Below are positions 8,650 to 20,300 of a stretch of 64,000 nucleotides of DNA, one piece after another. A model generated the notes under the pieces. That model was not told the origin of the DNA. It did not search any database and saw only the letters and a list, made by a program, of their open reading frames with translations. Both the position numbers and the translations under genes were made by a program. The stretch is from a virus (taxonomy: Duplodnaviria; Caudoviricetes), in IMG/VR virus record IMGVR_UViG_3300035670_000197, positions 318 through 64,317 of that record, one strand, 5' to 3'. Numbering within the stretch: position 1 is the first letter of the stretch; each line of letters begins with the position of its first letter.

Positions 8650-11600
8650 TTAGGTCAGAAGCCTGAGGAGCTTCGCCATCTGGGAAGAAATCTCAGATTG
8701 GTTGTAGTAATCGCCACCAGACATGAACTTCTTCAAATCGGCTGTGGCCTCATCGGCATCTTCTTTTCCGATTTTGTCCTCAACCCTTTTAATCATATCT
8801 TCCATGAGCTTTTTCAGGGCAGGGGGAACATCGGAGAAACGAATCTTTTCTGCCTGCTCACCGAAGGCAAAAGGCAGGTTGGCAATGACCTTTCCAAGCT
8901 CTGCTGAGCTGGCTCGGACGTTCTCTAAAGATTCAGGATTTAGCGCTTTTGCGTCCAATCGGTCGATAATTCCAATCAAATCGCCCGCTGCTTTAGCTGC
9001 ATTGCCGTAATCTCCAGCGTTATCGAGGTTTTCGACCTCTTCTACTTTTTCGATTACTCGGTCCAGACCAGCCACTCCTAGGTCTGACTTCAAACGAGCC
9101 AGTACCTTACGGAACTTTCCTGCAGCATCCCGAGGTTGGGTCTGGGGGGTGTACTTGCCTCGGGTCTCATCTTTTTTTGCGCGGTTCATTCTTTCTACTT
9201 TTAGAGCTTCGATTTCCTCTTCGGTGAGGTCATCGACATCTGCAAAAGTCGCTGAAGCGGTTACAGAACCATTTTCAAAAAGTGCTCCTAAATTTGCTGA
9301 CTGGGCAGACAATTCAGCACGAAGGCGAAGGTCATCTACCATCGAGTCAATTGTGGAAGCCGCTTTCCAGTTTTCTGGAACAAGCTCTTCCTTGCCTAGG
9401 GCACGGGCACGCTTGCGAATGTGAGTGCGAACCTTTGCGCGGTCTTCTGGGTTGGAGCGACCATAAGCCGAAATTGCGTTCTTTAGGTCTGACTCGTTGC
9501 GGATGGGATATGAACCATCAGGAAGGGCTTGGCCCTTCTTCGCCAAAATCTTGCGCTCTTCCTCAGTGAATTGCTTGAACTCAGTCACTGCGGATGCAGC
9601 AAGAGCACGCTCTTGGATTGTGGCTTCGGCACCGTCTGAAATGAACTCGCCAAAGTCCTCCATTGATGCGCTCTTCCACTTCTCTGGGATGAGGTCTACT
9701 CGGCGGAGGGCACGAGCACGACGCATAATGTGCTTGCGAACCTTGCCGCGAGCGCCGGGCTTAGAGCGACCATAAGCTTGGATTGCATTCTTTAGGTCGT
9801 CAGAGTTTCGAATTGGGAAAGAGCCGTCGTCAAGAGCCTTACCTTCCTTGGCAAGACGCATACGAAGACGACGAGAGATGACAGCCATTTCGGATTCTGG
9901 ATTGTCATCCAGCATCTGAATCATGTATTCCCAACCGTTTTCGTCTGCCTTGTCTTCTTCCTTAACTTTCTTGACCTTGGCAGCAAGCTCTGCGTGCTTA
10001 CTTGCAACAAGTGGCTTCTGTAGACGGTCAATTTTTTTGTTAATTTCTGCAAGAGGGTCGTGCTTCATTTGAGCCAAAACATTGGCACCAGCAGCAACAA
10101 GAGCCATAACTTGACCTGATGCAACACGAGCACGAGCAATCGGGAAGCCTGGAACGTTTACTTGGCATACTGCAACAAGCTCAAGGTGACCCTTGATTGG
10201 ACGCCAGTCTCCCGATGGTGCTGAGGCACGGGCAGCGCGGATTTGCTCGGGGGTTGTGCCAGGGCGTAGTGCGCCTGAAACCCAGATTCCGTAAGCATCC
10301 TCTCCTGCGTGCACATCTGCGAAAGCTGATGCAGTGTCGTCGTAGTGACGAACTGCTTCCTCTGCAGAAGCTTCTAAACCAGCGTGACCGCCAGCCAAAG
10401 TGAGTTGACCAACTGGGACATCTTCACCGTCAGCGGTTCGGATTACACCAGTGTGGAAATATGAATACTTAGAGCGGCTGCGTGGGGGACGAGTCCCAAA
10501 AGCCATTCCGATGTGGTCTACATGCCAAGCAGCAATGTGACCGAATACGCGACCCTCGTCTGTGATTGTGAGTGGTGTCGCTTTTGTAAGTTTGGGGTTG
10601 TCGAACCATTCCTTTGGTGGCTCAACAGGGATAGCACCAGCAACCATTCCGCAGGCAACAAGCGCCGAAGCGTCTAGCGGGTCAACTCCCTCCACATATA
10701 CGCCGTCTGGTAGCACTTCGCCCTCCTGAGCTTTTGTGTCTTCTACTAACTGAATAAAGCACTCTTGAAACGCAGGTTTCGGGACGATGGTTACAGCCAT
10801 GACCCGTGCGCTCGTGATATTTATTCTACCTGACTCGATTTTCTTCGAGTCTCCAGAATCGTCGTCGGCAGCCATCTCTGGCTCCTCAGCAACGAACTGG
10901 TCCATATCGGCTGATACGCCACGGATAAAACCGTTGCGAACCAGTCTTTCGGCTTCTTTACCGAAATCTCCTTGGTCGAAAACGCCATAGGCGTTGCCAA
11001 TTCCTTGGTCTGTGCGCTCCATGTGGGTGATTTGACCGACCACAACTGAGCCGTCGTGACCTTGACCTGTCTTAATTTGCCAGAGCAGTGGAATAGGAAG
11101 TTCGCGCATACTAATTGCGCCCTTCTCAAAAATTCGACCGTCTCCAGACTCAAGTCCCTCTGGGATTACCAAAGGAATAATGAACTTGGAGCCATGCTCT
11201 GTTGGCTTGGCAGATTCTCTTCCCAAGAGGCGAGACTTAGCTGAGTAAGCGCGAGCTCGAAGTGTCAACTCCCCAATAACTTTTTCTTCTGGCTTAAGAG
11301 TTTCGATATCAGCTGAACCACGAATACCCTTTCTCTTCTTACCAACATTGAACTTGGAACCAGGCCATACGCCAGTCATTTCCTTGTGGCGAAGAGCGCA
11401 GTAACCCTTTGCTCGTGGGCCCATGTACTTAGCTAACTGCTTGTAGCAACGAGTCCAGTCACCTGGGGTGTTCCAACGAATCTTGAGGCCACCCTTACCG
11501 ATTGTCCAGTAACGGCGAAGTTTTTCGGCATTGCCTCGGTTTCGGTCTAAACCACCAGCAGCTTGTACTGAAGCGATGATTGCATTGTTAGACAGAGCAA

Positions 11601-13698
11601 AGTGGCTAGGTACTCGAAGAGAGGCAGTTACTGAAACATTTCCGTCAATCTGTTCTGTGACGATTGAAAGAGTTTCAGCATCAAGAAGAACGACTGGAGG
11701 GGGGGTTGGGCTGTTTAGGTCACGAGCAATTTGGTCGTTGCGCTCCCACTTTTTGTTGCGACGAACGAAAGTAGCAGGGGTACGAGTCTTCTTGCTTGCT
11801 GGGATTAAGCAAACAAGTTCCATCACAGCTTGTGGGTCATCCTCGGCAACAATTGCCATGTAGAGAGGAGCAACGTCTGCTGTTTCTGGTGTCAGGTCTG
11901 TATCGCCAGTACCAGCAGCAACTACACCTTCATATCTACTATTTTTATTATCTTTTTTCTCGAACTTAGGGTTGTATGGATGCCAACCAGTAAATCTTTC
12001 CCGAGCAAGGTCACCAGCGGTTTTTGTTCCAGCGTTCTTGTACCAGTCGCGTAGGAATGGACTTAGGTCCATAAGGTTGGGAGCAGTTGCAGGGTTCCAC
12101 TCTTGCTTAGTTGTTCCGTCTGGGTTCTTGCTTCCTTCGTAATAGCGACCAAGAGCAGTGTTTACATCTGGAGCAGTTTTGTACTGCATAGGTGGAACTG
12201 GGTCCCCGCTGTATTCAGGGGCGAGACGCTGTTCTGCAACCCAAGAGCCCCAGTCATTAATCAAAAGGTTGACACTAGGAGCAGTTAGAGGAGGAAGGCG
12301 ACCAGGCAACTGCGCTGTTGGCTGGTCAATCGGTACACGAGGCTCTCCGAGGATGCCTGTGAAATCTAGGTTATTGGCAGGGAAGTTTGCAGTTGATACT
12401 GGCTCAAAAGTGCTGACTTCTTGAATTGTGTTGCTAGGAACAGTAACAGTGTTTCCGTTATCTAGCTCAACACTCACTTCTTGAGTCTCTGGGTTTAAGG
12501 CTGTGATGTTTCCTTGGTAGTTGTAGTCCCCACCAATGACAACACGCTCTCCCATAACAGCAAAGCGACCAAGTTTGTCTCGTACCTGTGAAGAAGCTGC
12601 TTCTGAACGCTCTTCTTCTGTGTAAACACCTGGAGTTACATCTGCCTCAGCAAATTCTGTAATAGAAGCTAGCAAACCGCCAAAGTCATCTTCCCAGTCT
12701 TCCGACTCAATAACTGTGTCATCACTGAGCTGGTCTAGGAACTCCCAATCAAGTTCTGGAATTGAGTTCTCGAAAACTTCTGACTCGTCAAAGTCAATCA
12801 TTTGGAGATGAATTTTCTCCATTGGATTGTTGTCGAGCATTGCAGAAATCTTGACTGCTGACTCCCTGTCACAGGGTGTGTGAATCTTTTGTGTCTGGTC
12901 GTATGGGTCATCGAGAGTCTTGTCGTAAGTCTCAAAGTCGTGCTCGATGTTTCCTAGGTCGTCCCAAGCTCCGTCGTCCCAAACAAACACTGAGCCGTCT
13001 TCGTCAACCTTATAAAGACGGTCAATGCCTGAGCCGTCTAGACGAATACGAATAAAGAAATCTGGTTCTATTTCTGATGGACGGAAGGAGTCATAATCAA
13101 CTCGTTCGGCTCTGCTGTAGTCATCAAAACCGTAAGAAGCGACCATTGGCCCCTTCTTCTTTTTGTTTTCACGCTCAACGATGGCAGAGGCCCAACGCTG
13201 TGCAGCGTCACCGCCCCAAAGTGCCCAAGCGATACGACCGTTGGATGGGTAGTTGTCTTGGCCTGGCTTGTAGCCCTTGCCCTTCTTGTCTACTTCGTGG
13301 CGTGGGAAATATTTAGCAATGTGGCGAACCTTCTTGATACCAATCTGACCACCGCGAGCAAGAGTGCGAGCAGTATTAAGACCAACTGGTGTACCACCTC
13401 GCTTTTCTTCCTTACGCCAAGCAAGACCACGCTTTGCCTCAGCAATAACGGCGTCTGGAATCGTGTACATGCGGTCGTTATCCGCAAAAACTCTAATGTC
13501 AAGGTCTGTCAAGGCAGCGTTGGCTAGTTCATAGGTAGTGCCTTCTGGGCGTGCCCCAAAGGCGTTCCACTGGGAGGCTTCAAGCAAGGAATCTGCATCT
13601 CCAAGCTCAACGAGGGTCTTGGTTGATTCATCAATAATTGCGCCAATGCCAGCAGATGCGAAAAGCGCCTTAGAACCAACCCTGCCTAGGTAATCCAT
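8650..13698 (-). CDS. 1682-aa multidomain head protein containing the capsid maturation protease
   Basis: ESGDGRIF...LPIPLLWQ...GHDGSVVVG...GVSADMD...AVTIVPKPAF prohead protease motifs; GRVFGHIAAW domain; two GKALxDGSFPIRN repeats; directly upstream of capsid gene. Confidence 0.8.
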   Translation of the reverse strand: MDYLGRVGSKALFASAGIGAIIDESTKTLVELGDADSLLEASQWNAFGARPEGTTYELANAALTDLDIRVFADNDRMYTIPDAVIAEAKRGLAWRKEEKRGGTPVGLNTARTLARGGQIGIKKVRHIAKYFPRHEVDKKGKGYKPGQDNYPSNGRIAWALWGGDAAQRWASAIVERENKKKKGPMVASYGFDDYSRAERVDYDSFRPSEIEPDFFIRIRLDGSGIDRLYKVDEDGSVFVWDDGAWDDLGNIEHDFETYDKTLDDPYDQTQKIHTPCDRESAVKISAMLDNNPMEKIHLQMIDFDESEVFENSIPELDWEFLDQLSDDTVIESEDWEDDFGGLLASITEFAEADVTPGVYTEEERSEAASSQVRDKLGRFAVMGERVVIGGDYNYQGNITALNPETQEVSVELDNGNTVTVPSNTIQEVSTFEPVSTANFPANNLDFTGILGEPRVPIDQPTAQLPGRLPPLTAPSVNLLINDWGSWVAEQRLAPEYSGDPVPPMQYKTAPDVNTALGRYYEGSKNPDGTTKQEWNPATAPNLMDLSPFLRDWYKNAGTKTAGDLARERFTGWHPYNPKFEKKDNKNSRYEGVVAAGTGDTDLTPETADVAPLYMAIVAEDDPQAVMELVCLIPASKKTRTPATFVRRNKKWERNDQIARDLNSPTPPPVVLLDAETLSIVTEQIDGNVSVTASLRVPSHFALSNNAIIASVQAAGGLDRNRGNAEKLRRYWTIGKGGLKIRWNTPGDWTRCYKQLAKYMGPRAKGYCALRHKEMTGVWPGSKFNVGKKRKGIRGSADIETLKPEEKVIGELTLRARAYSAKSRLLGRESAKPTEHGSKFIIPLVIPEGLESGDGRIFEKGAISMRELPIPLLWQIKTGQGHDGSVVVGQITHMERTDQGIGNAYGVFDQGDFGKEAERLVRNGFIRGVSADMDQFVAEEPEMAADDDSGDSKKIESGRINITSARVMAVTIVPKPAFQECFIQLVEDTKAQEGEVLPDGVYVEGVDPLDASALVACGMVAGAIPVEPPKEWFDNPKLTKATPLTITDEGRVFGHIAAWHVDHIGMAFGTRPPRSRSKYSYFHTGVIRTADGEDVPVGQLTLAGGHAGLEASAEEAVRHYDDTASAFADVHAGEDAYGIWVSGALRPGTTPEQIRAARASAPSGDWRPIKGHLELVAVCQVNVPGFPIARARVASGQVMALVAAGANVLAQMKHDPLAEINKKIDRLQKPLVASKHAELAAKVKKVKEEDKADENGWEYMIQMLDDNPESEMAVISRRLRMRLAKEGKALDDGSFPIRNSDDLKNAIQAYGRSKPGARGKVRKHIMRRARALRRVDLIPEKWKSASMEDFGEFISDGAEATIQERALAASAVTEFKQFTEEERKILAKKGQALPDGSYPIRNESDLKNAISAYGRSNPEDRAKVRTHIRKRARALGKEELVPENWKAASTIDSMVDDLRLRAELSAQSANLGALFENGSVTASATFADVDDLTEEEIEALKVERMNRAKKDETRGKYTPQTQPRDAAGKFRKVLARLKSDLGVAGLDRVIEKVEEVENLDNAGDYGNAAKAAGDLIGIIDRLDAKALNPESLENVRASSAELGKVIANLPFAFGEQAEKIRFSDVPPALKKLMEDMIKRVEDKIGKEDADEATADLKKFMSGGDYYNQSEISSQMAKLLRLLT

Positions 13699-13949
13699 TA
13701 TTTGCTCTCCACCCTGTAGGGCTCTACATCTTCTCTAGTAGGCGTGCCTTTTTCAGCCTGAATTTCATCATAGACTGAAATAAAATCTTCCTTAATTGTA
13801 GCTACAATAAGACCATCTAATGCCTCGATTTGGTCCTCTGTAGGGTCAGTCCACTCACCGTTCATACGGATTTGCTCGATGCCATCTGAGACTTTGAAAA
13901 GAGCAGGGACCTCATCTCCATCAGAGATAAGAACGTAAAGTTCGTCCAT
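13698..13949 (-). CDS. Small acidic protein (candidate immunity protein)
   Basis: 83 aa, Asp/Glu-rich, translationally coupled to neighbours. Confidence 0.7.
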   Translation of the reverse strand: MDELYVLISDGDEVPALFKVSDGIEQIRMNGEWTDPTEDQIEALDGLIVATIKEDFISVYDEIQAEKGTPTREDVEPYRVESK

Positions 13950-14353
13950 TATTCCTCTTCCTCCTCATCGTCTTCGTCCACCATGAGCTCGTTATCGTCT
14001 GCATCGGCTAGGTAGTCCTGCTTAATCAAGAAAGCTTCGTTTGCGAACTCTGCTTCCCCTTCTTTTGCAGCTTCCACTGACTCATACTCTTCTTCGACTA
14101 GAAAGATTGAGCCATAAACCCTGTCAACAGCGACATCAGCCCAGTCTTCAGCAGTCTCTGGCTTTTCTTCGTCTTGGTAATTCCGAGCAACACTGGCTTC
14201 AATGCGGTCTGCATCTAAGCCATCGCCATTTGCCCAATCTGGGATTAGATACTCGGCACCTTCTTCTGTGGCAACGACTGAAAAGGAGTAATCCTCAAGG
14301 TCATTGACATCTGTTGCATCAATGTCATACACGCGATAAACAACTACAGCCAT
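13949..14353 (-). CDS. Very acidic protein (candidate immunity protein)
   Basis: ATG at 14353 just after the giant ORF stop; strongly Asp/Glu-rich. Confidence 0.7.
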   Translation of the reverse strand: MAVVVYRVYDIDATDVNDLEDYSFSVVATEEGAEYLIPDWANGDGLDADRIEASVARNYQDEEKPETAEDWADVAVDRVYGSIFLVEEEYESVEAAKEGEAEFANEAFLIKQDYLADADDNELMVDEDDEEEEE

Positions 14354-14355
14354 TT

Positions 14356-17300
14356 TTAGCCTCCCCATTCACTAATGTCAGCGTTCTTTAGTCTCTCTAA
14401 TCTAGAGACAAGCTTATCCATATCTGGGTTAGCGCCAGCTGGATACATTCTCCGTAGCTCTTGTATAGCCTGCTGGGTTGTGAGCTGCATCAACTCATAG
14501 ACACCCTTTGGACCAAGAGCCCGAACAACGTAGTTGTGGATGTTTGCTGCTCTGTTTCGACCAGGCGGGTTCATAATGTATTCAACTGGGTCTACTGGCT
14601 TACCGTAATAGTTCTCTTCTTTGGTAGCAATTACCTGACCAAGACCGTTGTCAATCATTAGAGGCATATTCGCAATGTCTCTATAGCCAGCTCCTCTGTC
14701 TTGGGGCTTAGCCACGAGGAAGTTCTGTCCATGTCGGTCGTTGTTATGCATTACAGCATCCAAGACCATCATCTGGAATACTTGATTTACTGGACCGTTG
14801 TCTACTAGCTCGCGAGGACCAACGTTTTCTTGAGCAAAGACTTTCGGTCCCTTCTTCATCTTCAAGTTCTGACCAGCTTGACCAAGAACAATTACATTGC
14901 TCTCTTTTGGATGAGCCTCTGCTGGGTACACACCATGCATACCAAGAGCACGAGCTAGGTCCACCGCAGCAAGTTCTGCGTCGATGTTTTCTTTGTCCGT
15001 GTCAATCTTGTAGAAGTAGACCTTTCCAGTCTGCTCATCAATGATTCGGTATGTCTTGTTTGCTCCGCGACGGCCTCCACCCATGCCAGTGGCTTCGACT
15101 CTGAACCCGAGGTCCTGACCGTTTCTTGTTAGACGGCCTCCACCTCTCTTTGCAGAAGCAATTTGACTTGGGCTGAACTCAAGGAGCATTGCCCCACGAG
15201 CGTCAAGTTTGTTGCCATCATTTGGCTCAAAGGCAAGACGCTCTTTGTGCAAGGCGTCTGCAAGCTCAACTAGATTACGAAGGTTGTTTTTCTCTTCCGT
15301 AGTCTTGTTTTGCTTCACAAGATTTCTTTGCACGATTGCTTGTAGAGCAAATCTTGCATTCTCTGGGAGAGATGCCAAAGGCTTTGGCTCACCATCAAAG
15401 AACCTACGAATTTCGTCCTTGTGCTGACGAATGTCTAGACCCTGCTGAGCAAGCTCATCGAGCTTAAGGTTGCCAAACATTTCTGCTTTCCAGAAATCAT
15501 TTAGCTGAGCCTTGTTCTCTCCATCCGCAATTCTCTTATCGCGAACTGCAATTGGGTCAAACTCTTCTAGTGGAAGTCCATCGAAGTTGAGCTTTGGACC
15601 AGCAGATTGCTGATTGTCGGCATTTCTGAAGATGACTTCCATGTTTTGCAGACGGTCGCGGTAGCGGTCCTGCATGTCCTGTGGAAGTTGGTCGAGACGA
15701 CGCTGGGCTCGTCCAAGGTAGTACTTGCCCATTCGCAAGTCGCCACTCTTTATCTTCCTATCAACTTCTTGAATGTTCTTAATGAAGCGCTGTTCCGCGT
15801 ATGTTCTAGCCCTGTTCTGAGGACCAATTTCTTTCTTGATGGCCTTCAGGTCCTTAAGAGCATCTTGCTCTTGCTTAAGAACTGCGGCATCGTCTGGGGA
15901 AACGGGCTTTGGAGCAGCAATTCTTGGGACAGGAACATTTCTATCAGCAGCGTCTTGAGCTACGACTTCAGGCTTAGGCCGAGCAGCTTGAGGTACCTCT
16001 GGTGCTTCAACCTGAGGAGTCTGTGGAGCTGCTGGAGCCTCTCCTTGTGGTGCTTGTTCTCCATCAATTCGGTACAAACCACTGATTGGTCCATTGAGTC
16101 TGTATGGTCTGTACTCGTATTCGCCACCGTTTGGATACTCAACTTTGATAGCAACTCTGTCGCCTACCTGATTAAGCCCAATTACTCGTCCAAAGTTTCC
16201 TCGTCTTGTCTGAACGTAGTCTCCTACTTTCACATCACGAACTTTGGCATTCTCAACTAACTGACCATTTCTACGAACATGCTCGTCACCAATTAGTTTG
16301 AACATGTCTTGTTCTTGGGCAGCAGGAGCTTCAGGAGCTTCAGGAGCTTCTTCTGGCTCTGGAGCAGCTGGTTGACCGACAGCTTCGTCCACTTGCTCGA
16401 CTACCTGCTCTACTGCATCGTCAGCAGCATCCTGCTCTGCGTTTCCACCCTTGCGTGGCTTCTTACGACGCTCTGCAAGAGCAATGTCCATTTCATCTTG
16501 GTTCATCCAGTTGATGCGAGGCTCTGCGTCGAAACGCTCCTTCGCAACTGCTGGGTCAACGTGACGCTGGAATCGTGAAACGTACTTGCGGATTTCACCG
16601 TTGGGGTATTGAACGCGAACATAGTCAACGTATACAACGCCCTTGCGTTGTAGTCCACCAATCTTTCCTTGGACTTTGCCAACTACGACACCTTCGCCGT
16701 ACTTCTCTCGAATCTTTGGATTCTCGTGGACAACCTTGTCGCCAATTGCGAGTGGGTTTCCGTCTGCGTCTGCGTAGAGACCAGCAAGAAGTCGGATGTA
16801 AACCTGACGACGGTACTTCTCAGGGATTGGTGGCAAGTTGCGACGACCACGGCCTTCTGTGCGGAGAAGCATTCCTTCTCGCTGGCGTGCGATTTCATCA
16901 GCAAGAGCTTCTGCAGCTCGCTTGATGTTCTCCTCACCGCCATCACTTGCAGCCTTGCGGTCTGGGAAGTCTTCTTCGACCTGAGCGATAACTTCGCCTT
17001 CGTCGTCAATGACCTTACCCTTGGAGTTGTAAACAACTTCTTCGCCTTCGGCGCGGGGAGTGATTTCGTTTTCACCACGACCAACTGGCAAATCGTCAAC
17101 GTGCTCAACCTGAGGAATCTCGTTGATGTTTGCTGGCTCATTACCAACAGCAAGAGACTTGTCTTTCTCTTCGCCTCGTGCTGCTTTCATATCACTATGT
17201 GCTTGAGCAGATGCACGCTTGACGTATTCTTCTGCTGCTTCACGACTTGGGAGAACTCCGTCGAACTTGACTTCGTTTCCGTTGTCATCTGCACCGTTGA

Positions 17301-20300
17301 CTTCAGCAACATAGTTGTCGCCGTCGCGAGTGATTTTTGCCTTGACATCTGAAAGGTTTGTAGGAACTGCCTTGACTTCGCCATCTTTCATCTCTGGCTT
17401 AGCAGCTTCGAGGGCACCAGCCTCTTCAAGGGCATCCTTATCTTCTGGGCCAGCAGCGAGAACACGACGGTCTTTAGGACGACGAACTTCATCAAGGAAT
17501 GCGTTCTGGTTCCAGAACACAACCTTCTGGTCGCCTTCCTTGTTCTGAACTAGAACACGGCGCTTGAACTCTTCAACACCAAACTCATCACCACCACGGA
17601 TGGCTACAACTTGGTAGAAGTCATCCTTGTCGCGGTTTGGTCGAACAAAGTCACCAGGACGAAGGTTCTCAACCTTGATTTCGCCTCGCATAAGCGCATC
17701 GACGTTCTCTGGGTTGTTAACAAAGTCTGGGTCAGCAATTCTCATGCGACCATCTGGGAATGCAGAGTCTGCGTCTACATCAACAAGGTCAGCGACTGGC
17801 TCTGGTAGTTGCTCTGGTGCACCAATTCGACCAATCTCATTGACTGGACCTTCTGGGATTCCACCAACTCCTGCTTGCTTCTCAAGGTCTGCAAGGTTGA
17901 CTTCCTTACCCTCAAGAGCATTACGGAGTGCTTGTCGAGCGAGATAGTCGGCAAGTTGCTGCTTGTACTCGTCAATCTTTGGCTTAAGCTCTGCCATCTT
18001 GGCGTCGTACTCTGCCTGACGAGCATCTGCATCTAGAGCTGCGTTTCCAAAGTTATTGTCTTCTGCCTTCTTAAGAAGAGCGTTCCACAGTTCAGCAGTT
18101 GCAAGAGCGTCGAACTCGGCGTTGTGCCAGTTCTCAAGCTTTACGCCAGCGTACTGAGCGAGTGCCTCAAGGTTCTTACGACCTGGGTTGTTTGGGTCAT
18201 CCTTGAACATCTCGGCTGCAAGCCCCATCGTGTCACCGAGTCCACCCGGTGCGTAGTTGAGACCGAGCTCTTCTGCCTTACGACGGAATACCTCGTCATC
18301 GAACTTGATGTTCTGTGCAACGAGAAGAGGATTCTCGCCAGCCCATTCAAGGAACTGTGCAAGAACTTCTTGCTGACTTTGCTTGTCGTCAAAGAAGTTT
18401 TCTGGGAGTGGGCCACCATCAGGTCCAACTGCGTTCTTCTCTGCGTATGTACCCTTGAGCGGACGCCCTGGGTTCATGTACATGACGAACTTGTCTACGA
18501 TTTCGCCATTTCGAATCTTGTATGCAGCAATCTGGTATGGCTCGTTGCCATCCTTCGGGTCAATACCAGTTGTCTCGAAGTCGAACACAACGATTTCTTC
18601 ATCGTTAAGTAGCTCGCGGAACTTCTTCCAGTCTCCGTTTGCTTCCATTGCAAGTTCGGCAAACCGACCTTGGAATGCTGGGAATCCAAGCTCTCGTGGT
18701 GCACGAGGTGGCTTTTCGTTTTCTACAAGCTGGTTCTCTCCCTTTGCATCTGCAGCGGAGATAACTGGAAGGTTTGCTGGAGGATTCCAACGTGCCTTAA
18801 CTTCTTCAATTCTCTTTTGGTGAGCTTCGTTTGCTGCTGGGTCATCATCTGGGAACCATCCACCCTTGGGTCCACGACCTGCTGGGCGGTGCAGTGAGCC
18901 TTCACCTAGTTCTGGGCCTTCGCCTTCTGGAATACCGCGAATGACCTCAATAGGTGTGTCTTTCTTCCACTGCTTTTCTTGTAGGCCCATGCCTGGGTAG
19001 TGACCAACAATAACCATCTTGCCCTTTTCGCCTTCGCGAACTTCGACAACTTTGAAGTGGTTATCAAATGCAATGTCACCTGGTTGTAGGTCTTCTGCGC
19101 GGAACTTGGCAACGAAAGGACCACCAGCAGGCTTGTCATCTGCAACAGCATTGACTTTGGCTTCTTCAGCCTGTGCCTTAGTCGGGTCTACAAAGTCAGC
19201 ACCAGCAGCTTTAACTGCTGCTTTGTGGGCTGCCATGTCTGCGTCATAACGTGCCTGAGCCTCTGGGTCACGAAGACCCCACTCACCATCTTTCTTCATC
19301 ATCTTGCCGTAGTCGGCAAGCTCTGGCTTGTCTAGTGGGTCTTTGTCTCCCTTTTCTGGAGGAGCAACGTTGCGGATTACTTCAATCTCGCCGTTAGCAA
19401 ACCAGTTTCGGTCTTGAGTCTTGTGGCCTGGGTAGTAACCCTTGACATTAACTCGATTAAGTTTCTTGTTTCCTTGCTTGCCTGCGCTGAGGTCTGGCAG
19501 TTCACCAACTTCTTCAATAACGAAGTACTCATCGTCACGAACTGCGATATCGCCGGGCTGCAGGTCACGAGCAGCAACCATTGCACGGTGGGGTTCACCA
19601 ATTGCTAGGTCAGCTTCTTGTCCTCCTGCTCCTGCGTCTCCATCTCCATCTGCGGCAGGGGCTTCGGGTCCCGCTTCGTCCTCTGCAGGTGGTTGCGGGG
19701 CTTCGGGAGCCTCTTCTTGACGGGAACGAACTGGGGCTTCGGCTTCTTCGACATTTTCTCCTTCCAGAGCGTCTTGAACTTCCTGAGCATCAGGTTCACC
19801 CTGACCCTCACGGCCTTCTCGATAAATGTCGTCAATGAGTCGATTTGTGTCTTCACCTTGGAGCTGTAGTGCATCACGAATCGCTTCGCCAGGAACTCGT
19901 GCAACATAAGGCTCCCCTTCAGGAGTCTCTTGTCCAAGAGCACCAAACCCAGGCATTTCGTTACCTGGTTCAAGTGAACGACGAAGCTCATTCTTTAGTG
20001 CTTCGTTGTCATACTTGCGTGCAATATCAACTGGATTAAAGTTGAAATCTTCTGGAGCCTCTTCTGGGATTGCCATGTCCTCAGGATTGAATGGCTCTTT
20101 GTCTAGTTCTGCGTAACCTTCTGGAACTTCAAAATCTTCGTTCTTTGGAAGGAACTCTGCTGGGTCTTGCTCAGCACGAGCACGCTCGTCTTCATTCAGA
20201 CCCTCAAGGAGTGGGAGTTCCTTCATCTCGGGAACTGCGTCCTCGGGTGTTGGTACTTCTGCAACCTTTTCTAGGTCTTCTGCTTCTGCTGGCTTGTCTT

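Noticed and set aside
16090-19580. Intein/Hint domains in the 2598-aa protein (VENLRPGDFV, DLQPGD)
   Set aside because: No N-terminal Cys/Ser block or C-terminal HN-C/S/T; segments are short and fit SH3/KOW-like barrels better
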